A model generated the notes under the pieces. It was given only the letters and a program-made list of their open reading frames with translations. It ran no database searches and was not told where the DNA came from. Shown here piece by piece: positions 30,101-38,990 of a DNA stretch of 39,887 bases (position 1 is its first letter; every line of letters begins with the position of its first letter). The stretch lies in contig CAIXZC010000007.1 of the NCBI GenBank assembly GCA_903923815.1, positions 1 through 39,887 on the forward strand. Reading direction: 5' to 3'. This DNA comes from an uncultured Myxococcales bacterium (GTDB lineage Bacteria; Myxococcota_A; UBA9042; CAIXZC01). A program made the translations under genes and the position numbers.

Positions 30101-32690
30101 AGTGAAGGCCGCCGTGGCCGGTGGCAGCAGCCTGCTGCACAACCACGATGCGGAGGATGCCGCCGCCGACAAGATGTCCCCCCTGTACTGGGGCAACCGG
30201 GACTTCAGCCGCAGCGAGCGTCAGCGCCTGGTGAACCTTGGCGAGAAGAGCTACTGCATGTCCGACAGCGACGAGCCCAACGTCCTGGGGTCCGCCCTGC
30301 GCATCGCCGAGTGGTGCAAAGACGAGGCCAACCGCGTGGACTACGGCGGGGATGAGGAGAACTGCATCTACTGGGAGATCACCCAGGAGATGTTCGAAGG
30401 CACCCTGCTGCACGAAGTGGGTCACACCGTGGGTCTGCGGCACAACTTCACCGCCTCCACCGACGTGTACAACTACTTCGACCCCTACTACACGAAGCGC
30501 GACCTGGACTACAAGAAGTGCACCATGGAGGGCTCCTACGGCTGCCTCTTCTTCGACCAGATCTGCAAGCTGATCTGCGCCTCCAATTCGGACTGCTACC
30601 AGCCCGGCAGCGTCTGCAAGTCCGTCGAGGTTGAGGGCCAGACCGTGAAGGCCTGCGTGGACGCCCGCGGCGACCTGGCCGGCACCTGCATGGACAAGGT
30701 CAAGGAGCGCAAGTACTGCAACACCTCCTCCGAGTGCGTCGATGCCCTCGGCCTGGAGGCCAAGAACGTCACCTGCCAGAAGGGCCCCGAGCAGGCCTCT
30801 GGCCTGTGCGCCACCCGTGGCGTACCCATGACCTTTGGTGGCACCTGCCCCCAGAACCAGATTGAGAAGAACGGCTACTGCCTGAAGAACGACAAGTGCG
30901 ACACCGCCGCCGGGGTCTGCGAGAAGGAAGGCGGCCAGGCCTGCGCCAAGGACGACGACTGCCAGATCACCTGGACGCTCTGGGAAGGCCCCGAGCAGAC
31001 GGTCCCCGTGAAGGGCTACATGCCTCGCCCCTACCTGACGGACAACGAGGCCAGCAACGGCCGCGTCGAGTACCAGTACTCCTCCCTCATGGACTACGGC
31101 GGGACCATCAACTTCGACCTTTACGGCCTGGGCAAGTACGACACCGCCGCCCTGCGCTTCGGTTACGGCGAACTGGTGGACGTCTACACTGACAAGCGCC
31201 ACCTCGAGCAGGCCCTGGTGAAGGTCCAGCGCGTGTGGTCCGGTGACACCCTGGAGCAGACCTCCAGCTTCGTGTACGACACGGAAGTCCACAGCCAGCT
31301 CATCTTCTCGCCCTACATGACCCTGTTCGACTTCATCGGCATCAAGGAGAACCTCTCCCGCGTGCCCGCGCCCTACCGGCAGGCCCGCCTGGAGAAGACC
31401 ATGAACCTCTCCAACGACCGCGGCCTCTACGACTCCACCTTCCTGATGGTGCCCTACAAGGCCAAGTACGACGGGTGGATGGGCTCCTTTGAGACCTACA
31501 TCTTCGACATCGGCGCGGACCTCACCGAGATCGTCGGTCACTCCTGGTCCAAGCTGCACGACTACTACGTCTACGATGCCTTCAAGCGGGACCGCCTCCA
31601 GGCCTTCCGCTACGGCAACCCCCTGGGCTACTACACCCGCATCCTCGAGCGCTGGCTGCCCCCCATGCAGGACGCCGGCCGCTTCTACGCCCTGTACTAC
31701 AACTCCCTGCGCGCCTATGCGGACGCCCGGGACCTGTACTTCAACAACATCCTGGCCTTTGGTCACCTGAAGGTGGCGTCGGACTACTCCGTGCAGAAGC
31801 TCACCGAGCTCATCGCCTCCCCGGCCCCCGGCTCCTACGCGTTCATGGACGACGGCGAGGGCGACCCCCGGTACGTGAACTTCAGCTTCAAGTCTGCCCA
31901 GCCCGGCAGCGAGCTGGACATCCCCATCGGCGACGGCAAGTTCCCCTTCACCACCTACTACGCCGACGCGGGCTACAACTACTTCTCCCACGCCGAGTGG
32001 ATCGGCTCCTTCTGGGAGAAGCTGGCCGCCACCCAGATCCTGACGGACTCCACCGGCTACTTCATCGGCGACTACATCGGCGAACAGATCGATGTGGGCG
32101 TGGGCGCCAGCGTGGGCTTCAACACCGTCTACTACACGGAGCTGACCAACCTGTTGGCCGGCATGATCGTGGGCGACCGCAACCGCTTCTCTCCCTACGT
32201 GGAAGACGGCCAGCTCAAGCCCTTCGACGTGCTGCACCCCTGGGAAGCCGACGGCAAGCCCCGGGTGGAGACCTCCATCGAGTCCATCACCATGAAGGCC
32301 TACCTGGCCCTCTACGGCTACGTGTTCATGGGCGGCGGCTTCGACCCCGGGTTCATCGACTCTCTGTACCTGTGCATCAAGGGCAGCGGCGACTGCTACG
32401 ACATCTCCACGGGCGCCCTGGCCCCCGAGGTCATCGAGTTCACCGACCCCTGGAGCAAGAAGACCTATCAGGCCCGCACGGCCAACTACGATCCCGCCCG
32501 CGTCAACGCCTCCTACGACTTCCTCACGAAGCTCAACGCCATCAAGGCCGAGTACGAGCAGTGGGAATGGGGCGAGTCCGCCGACACGGACGCCCAGAAG
32601 GCTACGCTGGAGAAGAAACTTCACGAACAGATTGAGCTGCTGGACCTCATGGTCTCGTTCAATCGCATGTTCGGCAACCTGAACTACTAG
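27147..32690 (+). CDS. Giant zinc-dependent metalloprotease lipoprotein, paralog 1 (metzincin-like) with Cys-rich and DUF4397-like inserts
   Basis: AGGAGG SD, lipobox LTSC, HEVGHTVGLRH (from 30411), Met-turn SSLMDY, GYGP...DPKTGQI motif. Confidence 0.85.
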   Translation: MRRAGFLTYVAPFLAAMLWLTSCATEVGDIDRTDPNKIKKADLRGVWYYVSTVIDSPNPSPFTFNGEMNFGGGLKVIFDVQEDYLVAYPVTETTAVGAEEGWHISTIRNYWDEGKSDQFMEMYVGQPVAAFKIEKHFDVIRQYNPQTGEQSNVIVEDTADKLWFERSYLRVNWTENRVKDLMFLAAIEGSPTDYYVQEYEEDNPDAFEMTADSINFVNRIFAQPVGPEACNIYGIGAADCAGAVIKIRHSFRKADPNNDYVALYYPETDQQDKFGFFLTEHYGYDYDHGVLLSNKVYLINRWNLWKNSRDVQAITDAATGENVPCKVDADCKDLAPEGIHNTHCWVDNGWFSDGHCVTWDSLAYKDREVQPVVYHVSAQWPKELERAIYTTNNQYSEALKDTAAWLKLYSEKGIADLRYCDTNADCAAHALIDTEIAHTHGRVCADDAACQVGVSADQKALYSCPAGYCVKAVACSATAPCALGQTCTAGVCKDAQAALVVNEVKDTGAYTFYMNVGTDGALKTQVSEDDSYPKIPSGKALIRVVNLNTAVGPVTLSDENGPLCDVDVPFAATDDDYLVPGNCNLGTATTIRNIQVKDQSGALVGTVNGVRIAKDAIITVVVSGNATLKGVMAFSITVKSLGTKGIRFVHAFPGKSGVDFALNGGLRSSDLRFGMASPYTGMRKGNNRITVINHGEAGDVTCYNNKGVGTCTGWRTELDDKDLARVKEIKATLPEMFVVCDNVFTGDACDPNEAAAGAPTGNEQVDREARNDCRYWWFDKAVSSWRNPCKEVPGAYDIKKHGDIRYSFIYWVGENQAASPLGYGPSAADPKTGQIYHACANIYGADMLTYAQYSRDLLKLSTGELTTENIATADYIKEYIENNPPDNGYGSLYAPLLDKALIDKKAGENLAKRPNMKRFWMTPAEQTRVLQQINDPVVKRMAMDPKFAWKKAVDSLVDGFSPAAAIARMGLIKGTWLEKLLINEEVKAAVAGGSSLLHNHDAEDAAADKMSPLYWGNRDFSRSERQRLVNLGEKSYCMSDSDEPNVLGSALRIAEWCKDEANRVDYGGDEENCIYWEITQEMFEGTLLHEVGHTVGLRHNFTASTDVYNYFDPYYTKRDLDYKKCTMEGSYGCLFFDQICKLICASNSDCYQPGSVCKSVEVEGQTVKACVDARGDLAGTCMDKVKERKYCNTSSECVDALGLEAKNVTCQKGPEQASGLCATRGVPMTFGGTCPQNQIEKNGYCLKNDKCDTAAGVCEKEGGQACAKDDDCQITWTLWEGPEQTVPVKGYMPRPYLTDNEASNGRVEYQYSSLMDYGGTINFDLYGLGKYDTAALRFGYGELVDVYTDKRHLEQALVKVQRVWSGDTLEQTSSFVYDTEVHSQLIFSPYMTLFDFIGIKENLSRVPAPYRQARLEKTMNLSNDRGLYDSTFLMVPYKAKYDGWMGSFETYIFDIGADLTEIVGHSWSKLHDYYVYDAFKRDRLQAFRYGNPLGYYTRILERWLPPMQDAGRFYALYYNSLRAYADARDLYFNNILAFGHLKVASDYSVQKLTELIASPAPGSYAFMDDGEGDPRYVNFSFKSAQPGSELDIPIGDGKFPFTTYYADAGYNYFSHAEWIGSFWEKLAATQILTDSTGYFIGDYIGEQIDVGVGASVGFNTVYYTELTNLLAGMIVGDRNRFSPYVEDGQLKPFDVLHPWEADGKPRVETSIESITMKAYLALYGYVFMGGGFDPGFIDSLYLCIKGSGDCYDISTGALAPEVIEFTDPWSKKTYQARTANYDPARVNASYDFLTKLNAIKAEYEQWEWGESADTDAQKATLEKKLHEQIELLDLMVSFNRMFGNLNY

Positions 32691-32702
32691 GAGGTTGGGA
32701 CC

Positions 32703-35700
32703 ATGAGGACCTTTGGAAAGCTTGTGATGAGAATCCTCCCGACCGTTGCCCTGCTTGGCCTGGTGGCCTCCTGTGCTCAGGATGTTGGGGAAATCGACCG
32801 GACCCAGAACAACATCGTCCAGAAGCAGGACCTGGAGGGCGAGTGGTACTTCCGCCAGACCACGGTGGAGACGCCCTACTCGTCTGCCTACTCCTTTGAG
32901 GGCGACACCTCCAAGATGGAGCGCGGCGTCTTCGAGATGCAGGAGAACAACCTGTTCTTCTACCGGACCTACGAGTTCCAGTACAACACCGAGACCATCG
33001 GTATGAAGGGTGACACGGACACCCCCTACCTGGGGTGGCTGCCCGGCGAGACCGCCAAGTACACCCCCAACCCGTACCAGTCTCGGGACCGCAAGTTCGC
33101 CGTGGGTCTGGAGGCCAAGGATGGCGAGGGCAACACCCTGGCCTGCGGCACCCAGAAGACCCCCCACGACTTCTGCCAGTCTGAACTGCGGGACCAGTAC
33201 CTCTACTGTGGCCATGCCTCCACCGCGGCCGCTGCCGACCGCACCAAGGACAACGCAGTCTGCGTGCACCCCACGCGCTTCGTGTACCGGGGCGCCCCCC
33301 TGGCCATCTTCCCCATCCAGGGCCACATCGACGTCATCTGGGAGTACAACCCCTCCACCGGTGAGAAGACCAACGTCCTCACCGAGAACTCCTCTGACCG
33401 CTTCTGGTACGAGCGGGACTACATGCGGGTGAACTGGGCCGAGACCCAGATCAAGAACTTCTCCATGACGCTCGCCTCTGTGCTGGACGAAGTTGCCATC
33501 ACCGTCTACGAGGGCGACGCCGCCCCCGAGGGCGAGAACTACCGGATGTTCCGGGATGATTCCGACAGCCCCAACTACTTCGACTACGTGGCCAAGTACA
33601 TCTTCACTGCGCCCACCATGGCCCTGGAGGGCTGGGGCGACGTGCCCATCTGCCTGTTCTACCCCTGGTACGTGGGCGGCATCTACGAGTGCACCTCCGA
33701 GCAGATCAAGATCCGTTCGGCCTTCCTGAAGGTTGACCAGAACGACACCTACCGCCCCTGGGACTACGACGACCACCTGCTGGGCAAGTTCGGCTACTTC
33801 CGCACCGAGCGCGCCAACTTCGACGACCGTTACGACGTCACCTACGGCGGCGTGTCCAACTACATCGACCGCTACGACCTGTGGAAGACCCACGTCTACA
33901 AGGCCGACGGCAGCGAGGACTTCGCCGCCATGGAGCCCGCCCCCATCGTCTACTACCTGTCCAAGGACTTCCCCCGGGAGTACGTCCCCGAGGCCATCGC
34001 CATCGGCAAGGCTTGGTCCAAGCCCTTCGAGGACACCGTCAACTTCCTCAAGCCCGGCGCGGCCGGCGCTGACAAGCCCATGTTCGTGGTTTGCGAGAAC
34101 AACAACACCGAGGCTCAGGTTGCTGCCGACGCGGGCCAGCCCGTGGCCGAGACCAACGCCGCCCTGTGTCGCGACATGGACTACGCCAAGCTGGCCGGCG
34201 ACCTTCGCTACAGCTTCATCGTGGCCATTGAGCGCCCCATGAGCGCCGGCCTGCTGGGCTACGGCCCGCCGTCCCCGGACCCCCTCACGGGCAAGATCAT
34301 CTCCGGCAACGCCCACATCTACATCGCCCCCATGACCCGTCAGGCCAACAGCGCCGCGGACCTCATCGAGTACGTCGTGGGTGCCAAGGACTACTCCTCC
34401 GTGGCCGAGGGCCTGGACAAGGCCGAGACCTTCTACGCCGACATGATCGGCGTGAACGCCAACCCCCCGCCCAAGGACGTGGCGGCCGCCCGCCAGCTCA
34501 TCGCCGGCTCCATCAAGCCCCAGACCCGGGCCCAGTTGCTGGCCAATGGCATGAAACCCCAGGACAGCGACTGGGTGTCCATGCGCATGGGCCTCATCTC
34601 CAGCAATCCCCAGCTTGAGGCCTCCCTCATCCTGCCCTGGTTCCGCTCCCTCTTCCGTGACCCCACGGTGGGCACCACCGAGACCCTCACCGGCGAGCGC
34701 GCCGAGGAGATGTCCCTCAAGAACTGGGCCAACTACAAGGGCTTCGAGCGCCAGATGGACCGCATCCGCTTCTACGCCAAGAACTTCATGACCCGCGAGG
34801 AGTTCATGGATGGCGCCATCATGGACGTGGTCAAGCAGTGGGAAGGCCGCTACAACGAGGGCATCTGCTCTGCCGTGGAGAACGCCATCGCTGACGGCAC
34901 CGAGCTGTCCTTCGACATGGCCGAGTTCGACATGGTCAAGGACGCCTGCACGGCCGCCGAAGAGGGCGCCGTCCGCCAGCGCGAGGACTACCCCATTCTC
35001 AGCAACGTCAAGCCCTACAACGCCGGCGTGGCCATGGCGGGCGACACCTGCCTCAAGGTCGAGCAGGGCGACGTCAACGGCTACTACTGGGTGAACACCT
35101 GCACCGTGGAGAAGCTGGGCCGTCAACTCTCCGCCCGCATCCTCGAGGCCGAGCAGTGGTCCTCCTACGCCTACTGGCCCCCCGCGGCCTGGTACTACAG
35201 CGTCAAGGAACCCAAGATGGCCGCCACGCAGAAGTTCATGAAGGATCAGTTTGAGGCCCTCCGCAAGGAGGTCATTGCGGACATCATGTCCCGCGAGTTC
35301 GACTCCCTGACCATTCACGAACTGGGTCACACCCTCGGTCTGCGCCACAACTTCGAGGCCACCACCGACGCCATGAACTTCCCCAAGGAATACTGGGCCC
35401 TGAAGCTGCCCGCCGAGGCCGGTGTGCCCGTGGACATCTTCGGTGCCGAGAAGACCTACCAGCGGGAAGGCGGCATGCGGGGCCTGCAGTACAGCTCCAT
35501 CATGGACTACGGCGCCAAGTTCAACTCCCTGTGGCATGGCCTGGGGCTCTATGACCACGCCGCCATCAAGTTCGGCTACGGCGGCATCATGGAGGTCTTC
35601 ACCGAGGCCCCCGACCTCAGCACCTACCAGGACTACCTGGCGGAGCCCGAGAACACCGGCACCCCCTGGCAGGTCCCAGCCGTCCGCCAGGATGAAAGCA

Positions 35701-37190
35701 AGATCGCGGCCCTGTTCAAGACCGTCCACTACACCAAGATCCCCGAGGTCTTCGGCGGCGTGGACAAGGTCTATGCCCGTAAGGATCTGCCCTGGACCGA
35801 CGTCGTCGGCAACCTGTGCAGCAGCGACGCGGACTGCGTCACGGACGGCGGCTGCGAGGGCTGCACCGTGTGCCGCGCCCAGCTTGGCAAGTCCTACTGC
35901 GGCGCCCCCGACAAGGTCGAAGTGCCCTACCGCTTCTGCTCCGACGAGTACGCCGGCCGCACCCCCCTGTGCAACATGTGGGACGAGGGCGTGGATCCCT
36001 ACGAGATCACCCGCAACACCCTGGAAGATTACTGGTGGTACTGGCTGTTCTGGGGGCACTGGCAGCAGAACCTGCTGTTCCACTATGAGAACTACTCCTG
36101 GCGCGTGATGTTCGCCTTCACCCGCGTCAAGCAGCAGTTCCAGTGGTGGGCCGTGAACTACGTGCGCTACAACACCGCGGACTTCTGGCAGAAGCGCTTT
36201 GGCATGCCCTGGGAAGAGGACCTCAACGGCGGTCTGGTTGGCGCCGTGGCCTCTCTGGAGGGCTTCAACGCCCTGATGTCCGTGTTCGCCATTCCCGATG
36301 GTGTCTACCCCGACACCCGGTACTACGGCTTCAACGCGGACAACAACCGCTATGAGACCATGACCGACTACAACCGGGACGCCCTGTCCAAGTTCTTCGT
36401 GTTGGAAGAGAACGCCGGCCGCTTCGGCGCCCGTCCCCTCTACCCGTCCTACATCTTCTATGGTGAGATGATGCAGCCCGTCACCGCCGGCGCCATCTAC
36501 GACCGCCTCAACGCCCTCACGGTGCTGTGCGATCCCATGACCAACTTCCTCAACATCGACGAGTTCCCCGATCACCGCAGCTACCTGGTGAACTACTACA
36601 ACTTCTTCCCCGACAAGATGATCCGCCTGCTGGGCGGCCTGACCACCCACCGCGCCGAGAACTACGCCCCCTGCGTGGTCGAGGACAACGCCGGCAACCC
36701 CCTGCGGCTGTCCCTGCGCACCTGGCAGAACATGGATGACGAGAACTTCTGCGCCTCTGGCCACTACCTCGAGCCCGAGCCCGTGGACTACGACTTCCCC
36801 ACCACCTGGTACCGTATCCCCATGCTGGCCGCCTACTTCGGCATGAGCCTCATGGTGAACAACTACGACCACCGGTTCCTGGACACCACCCGGATCTTCC
36901 TCAAGGGTCACGAGGACGCCATTGACATCCCCGCGGATGCCGAGGTCGTCGAGTTCCCCGATCCCTTCAGCGGCAAGACCTACGTGGCCTACAAGACCGG
37001 CGACAAGGAGACCTTCGACACGGCCTTCTACTTGGTCACTCAGGCCCTGGATCTGTTCTCCCAGTACAAGAACGTGGAGGACCTCCAGCAGGCCTACCAG
37101 TTCGAAGGCTACCTGCAGCGCATGGTGGGCCTGCTTGAACTCATCCGCTCCATGCACGCCGCCTTCGACTACACCAACATCGTTCTCTAG
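32703..37190 (+). CDS. Giant zinc-dependent metalloprotease lipoprotein, paralog 2
   Basis: SD AGGAGG overlaps the upstream TAG. Lipobox VASC, HELGHTLGLRH (from 35316), Met-turn SSIMDY, YRFCSDE, GYGP...DPLTGKI. Confidence 0.85.
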   Translation: MRTFGKLVMRILPTVALLGLVASCAQDVGEIDRTQNNIVQKQDLEGEWYFRQTTVETPYSSAYSFEGDTSKMERGVFEMQENNLFFYRTYEFQYNTETIGMKGDTDTPYLGWLPGETAKYTPNPYQSRDRKFAVGLEAKDGEGNTLACGTQKTPHDFCQSELRDQYLYCGHASTAAAADRTKDNAVCVHPTRFVYRGAPLAIFPIQGHIDVIWEYNPSTGEKTNVLTENSSDRFWYERDYMRVNWAETQIKNFSMTLASVLDEVAITVYEGDAAPEGENYRMFRDDSDSPNYFDYVAKYIFTAPTMALEGWGDVPICLFYPWYVGGIYECTSEQIKIRSAFLKVDQNDTYRPWDYDDHLLGKFGYFRTERANFDDRYDVTYGGVSNYIDRYDLWKTHVYKADGSEDFAAMEPAPIVYYLSKDFPREYVPEAIAIGKAWSKPFEDTVNFLKPGAAGADKPMFVVCENNNTEAQVAADAGQPVAETNAALCRDMDYAKLAGDLRYSFIVAIERPMSAGLLGYGPPSPDPLTGKIISGNAHIYIAPMTRQANSAADLIEYVVGAKDYSSVAEGLDKAETFYADMIGVNANPPPKDVAAARQLIAGSIKPQTRAQLLANGMKPQDSDWVSMRMGLISSNPQLEASLILPWFRSLFRDPTVGTTETLTGERAEEMSLKNWANYKGFERQMDRIRFYAKNFMTREEFMDGAIMDVVKQWEGRYNEGICSAVENAIADGTELSFDMAEFDMVKDACTAAEEGAVRQREDYPILSNVKPYNAGVAMAGDTCLKVEQGDVNGYYWVNTCTVEKLGRQLSARILEAEQWSSYAYWPPAAWYYSVKEPKMAATQKFMKDQFEALRKEVIADIMSREFDSLTIHELGHTLGLRHNFEATTDAMNFPKEYWALKLPAEAGVPVDIFGAEKTYQREGGMRGLQYSSIMDYGAKFNSLWHGLGLYDHAAIKFGYGGIMEVFTEAPDLSTYQDYLAEPENTGTPWQVPAVRQDESKIAALFKTVHYTKIPEVFGGVDKVYARKDLPWTDVVGNLCSSDADCVTDGGCEGCTVCRAQLGKSYCGAPDKVEVPYRFCSDEYAGRTPLCNMWDEGVDPYEITRNTLEDYWWYWLFWGHWQQNLLFHYENYSWRVMFAFTRVKQQFQWWAVNYVRYNTADFWQKRFGMPWEEDLNGGLVGAVASLEGFNALMSVFAIPDGVYPDTRYYGFNADNNRYETMTDYNRDALSKFFVLEENAGRFGARPLYPSYIFYGEMMQPVTAGAIYDRLNALTVLCDPMTNFLNIDEFPDHRSYLVNYYNFFPDKMIRLLGGLTTHRAENYAPCVVEDNAGNPLRLSLRTWQNMDDENFCASGHYLEPEPVDYDFPTTWYRIPMLAAYFGMSLMVNNYDHRFLDTTRIFLKGHEDAIDIPADAEVVEFPDPFSGKTYVAYKTGDKETFDTAFYLVTQALDLFSQYKNVEDLQQAYQFEGYLQRMVGLLELIRSMHAAFDYTNIVL

Positions 37191-37204
37191 TCAGACCCCC
37201 TAGA

Positions 37205-37224
37205 CCCCGGCCTTCGGGCCGGGG
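37205..37224 (+). terminator. GC-rich hairpin with cUUCGg tetraloop after the metalloprotease genes (terminator or 3' stabiliser)
   Basis: CCCCGGCC-TTCG-GGCCGGGG, perfect 8-bp stem. No U-tract follows. Confidence 0.45.
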
Positions 37225-37243
37225 GATCTCGCAGGAGTCAAAC

Positions 37244-38974
37244 ATGCGTTTTTCCCGTTATCACATCCCCACCTTGAAGGAAGCCCCCCGCGACGCCGAG
37301 TTGGCTTCCCATGTCTTCCTGGTCCGCGGCGGCTACATGCGCATGATGGCCGCGGGCATCTACGACTTCCTGCCCCTGGGCCAGCGGGTCCTGCGCAAGG
37401 TGTCGGAGATCATCCGTCAGGAGCTGGACCGTGCCGGCGCCCTGGAGGTCCTGCTGCCCGCTGTGCAGCCGTCGGATCTGTGGGTCGAGTCGGGCCGCTG
37501 GGAGAAGTACGGCCCCGAGCTGCTGCGCTTCCGGGACCGTCACGACCGGGAGTTCTGCCTGGGCCCCACCCATGAAGAAGTCATCACCGATCTGGTGCGT
37601 CGGGACGTGCGCTCCTACCGGGACCTGCCCCTCAACCTGTACCAGATCCAGTTCAAGTTCCGGGATGAGATCAAGCCCCGCGGTGGCCTCATGCGTGGGC
37701 GAGAGTTCATCATGAAGGACGGCTACTCCTTCGATAAGAACGCTGACAGCGCCAAAGAGACCTACTGGGCCATGTACCACGCCTACGAGCGCATCTTCCG
37801 GCGCTGCGGGCTGCAGTTCGCGGCAGTCGAGGCCGACACCGGCAACATCGGCGGCACCATGTCCCACGAGTTCCAGGTCATGGCCGACACGGGCGAGGAC
37901 TACGTCTTCCAGTGCAGCTCCTGTGGCTTCACCGTGAACCAGGAACTGGCGCCCCTGCCCGAGGTGCCCCTGGCCCCCGCGCCCGCCGGGCTGCCCGCTT
38001 TCTCCAAGGTCTCGACCCCCGGCGCCCACACGGTTGAGCAGGTGGCCGAGTTCTTCAAGATTGCCGGCTCTGACCTCATCAAGACCCTCATCTACAACGT
38101 GGACGGGCAGGCCGTGGCGGCCCTGGTGCGTGGAGATCAGGAGGTTTCGGAGGTGAAGCTGCGCCGGGCCCTGGGCGCCTCCACCGTGGAGCTGGCCGAC
38201 GAGGCCACCATCCTCAAGGTCACCGGTGCCCCCGTGGGCTTCGCTGGTCCCGTGGGCCTGACCATCCCCATCATTGCAGACTTTGGCTTGACGGGCAGCG
38301 GCGCCATGGTCGTTGGCGCCAACGCCGACCAGCACCACCTGCGGGACACGGTCCTTGGCCGGGACTACCAGCCCAGCCGCTTCGCCGACATCCGCGAGCC
38401 CGTGGACCAGGACCCCTGCCCCCGCTGTGGCAAGGGCCTGTACCGCCTGTTCCGGGGCATCGAGGTGGGCCACGTGTTCTTCCTGGGCACCAAGTACTCC
38501 GCCCCCATGAACTGCAACTTCCTGGACGAGGACGGCAAAGAGCAGCACTGCGTCATGGGCTGCTACGGCATCGGCGTGACCCGCATCATGGCCTCCGCCA
38601 TCGAGCAACGACACGACGCCAAGGGCATCTGCTGGCCCGAGGCCATCGCCCCCTTCCAGGTCACCATCCTGCCCATGCAGATGAACGAGCCCCGCGTGGT
38701 GGAGGCAGCCGAGAAGCTGACCGCCGACCTGGAGGCTCTGGGCCTGGAGGTCCTGCTGGATGACCGGGATCTGCGCCCCGGCGTGAAGTTCGCCGATGCG
38801 GATCTGGTGGGCATTCCCTGGCGCATCATCATTGGCACCAAGCGCCTGGACGCCGGCGAGGTGGAACTGGTCCGCCGCCAGGGCGCCGAGGCCTCCGTGG
38901 TGTCCCTGGCCGAGGTCGCCGCGCTGGTGAAGGCCAACGTGCAGGCAGCCCTGGACGCCGGCCGCAGCGCCTAG
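37244..38974 (+). CDS. proS: Proline--tRNA ligase (bacterial type with INS editing domain)
   Basis: LGPTHEE, FRDEIKPRGGLMRGREFIMKDGYSF, IEVGHVFFLGTKYS, MGCYGIG, C-terminal anticodon-binding domain. Confidence 0.97.
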   Translation: MRFSRYHIPTLKEAPRDAELASHVFLVRGGYMRMMAAGIYDFLPLGQRVLRKVSEIIRQELDRAGALEVLLPAVQPSDLWVESGRWEKYGPELLRFRDRHDREFCLGPTHEEVITDLVRRDVRSYRDLPLNLYQIQFKFRDEIKPRGGLMRGREFIMKDGYSFDKNADSAKETYWAMYHAYERIFRRCGLQFAAVEADTGNIGGTMSHEFQVMADTGEDYVFQCSSCGFTVNQELAPLPEVPLAPAPAGLPAFSKVSTPGAHTVEQVAEFFKIAGSDLIKTLIYNVDGQAVAALVRGDQEVSEVKLRRALGASTVELADEATILKVTGAPVGFAGPVGLTIPIIADFGLTGSGAMVVGANADQHHLRDTVLGRDYQPSRFADIREPVDQDPCPRCGKGLYRLFRGIEVGHVFFLGTKYSAPMNCNFLDEDGKEQHCVMGCYGIGVTRIMASAIEQRHDAKGICWPEAIAPFQVTILPMQMNEPRVVEAAEKLTADLEALGLEVLLDDRDLRPGVKFADADLVGIPWRIIIGTKRLDAGEVELVRRQGAEASVVSLAEVAALVKANVQAALDAGRSA

Positions 38975-38990
38975 TTATAGGAGGTTCCCC

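Noticed and set aside
32688-32705. Stop-codon readthrough fusing the two proteases (same frame, single TAG then GAG GTT GGG ACC ATG)
   Set aside because: Gene 2 has its own SD overlapping the TAG and its own lipoprotein signal peptide, so translational coupling explains the layout. An in-frame arrangement has a 1-in-3 chance.
27132-37157. 3341-aa ORF on the minus strand
   Set aside because: It is an in-register antisense shadow of the two metalloprotease genes caused by codon bias. It has V/G/L/H-rich composition and no motifs.
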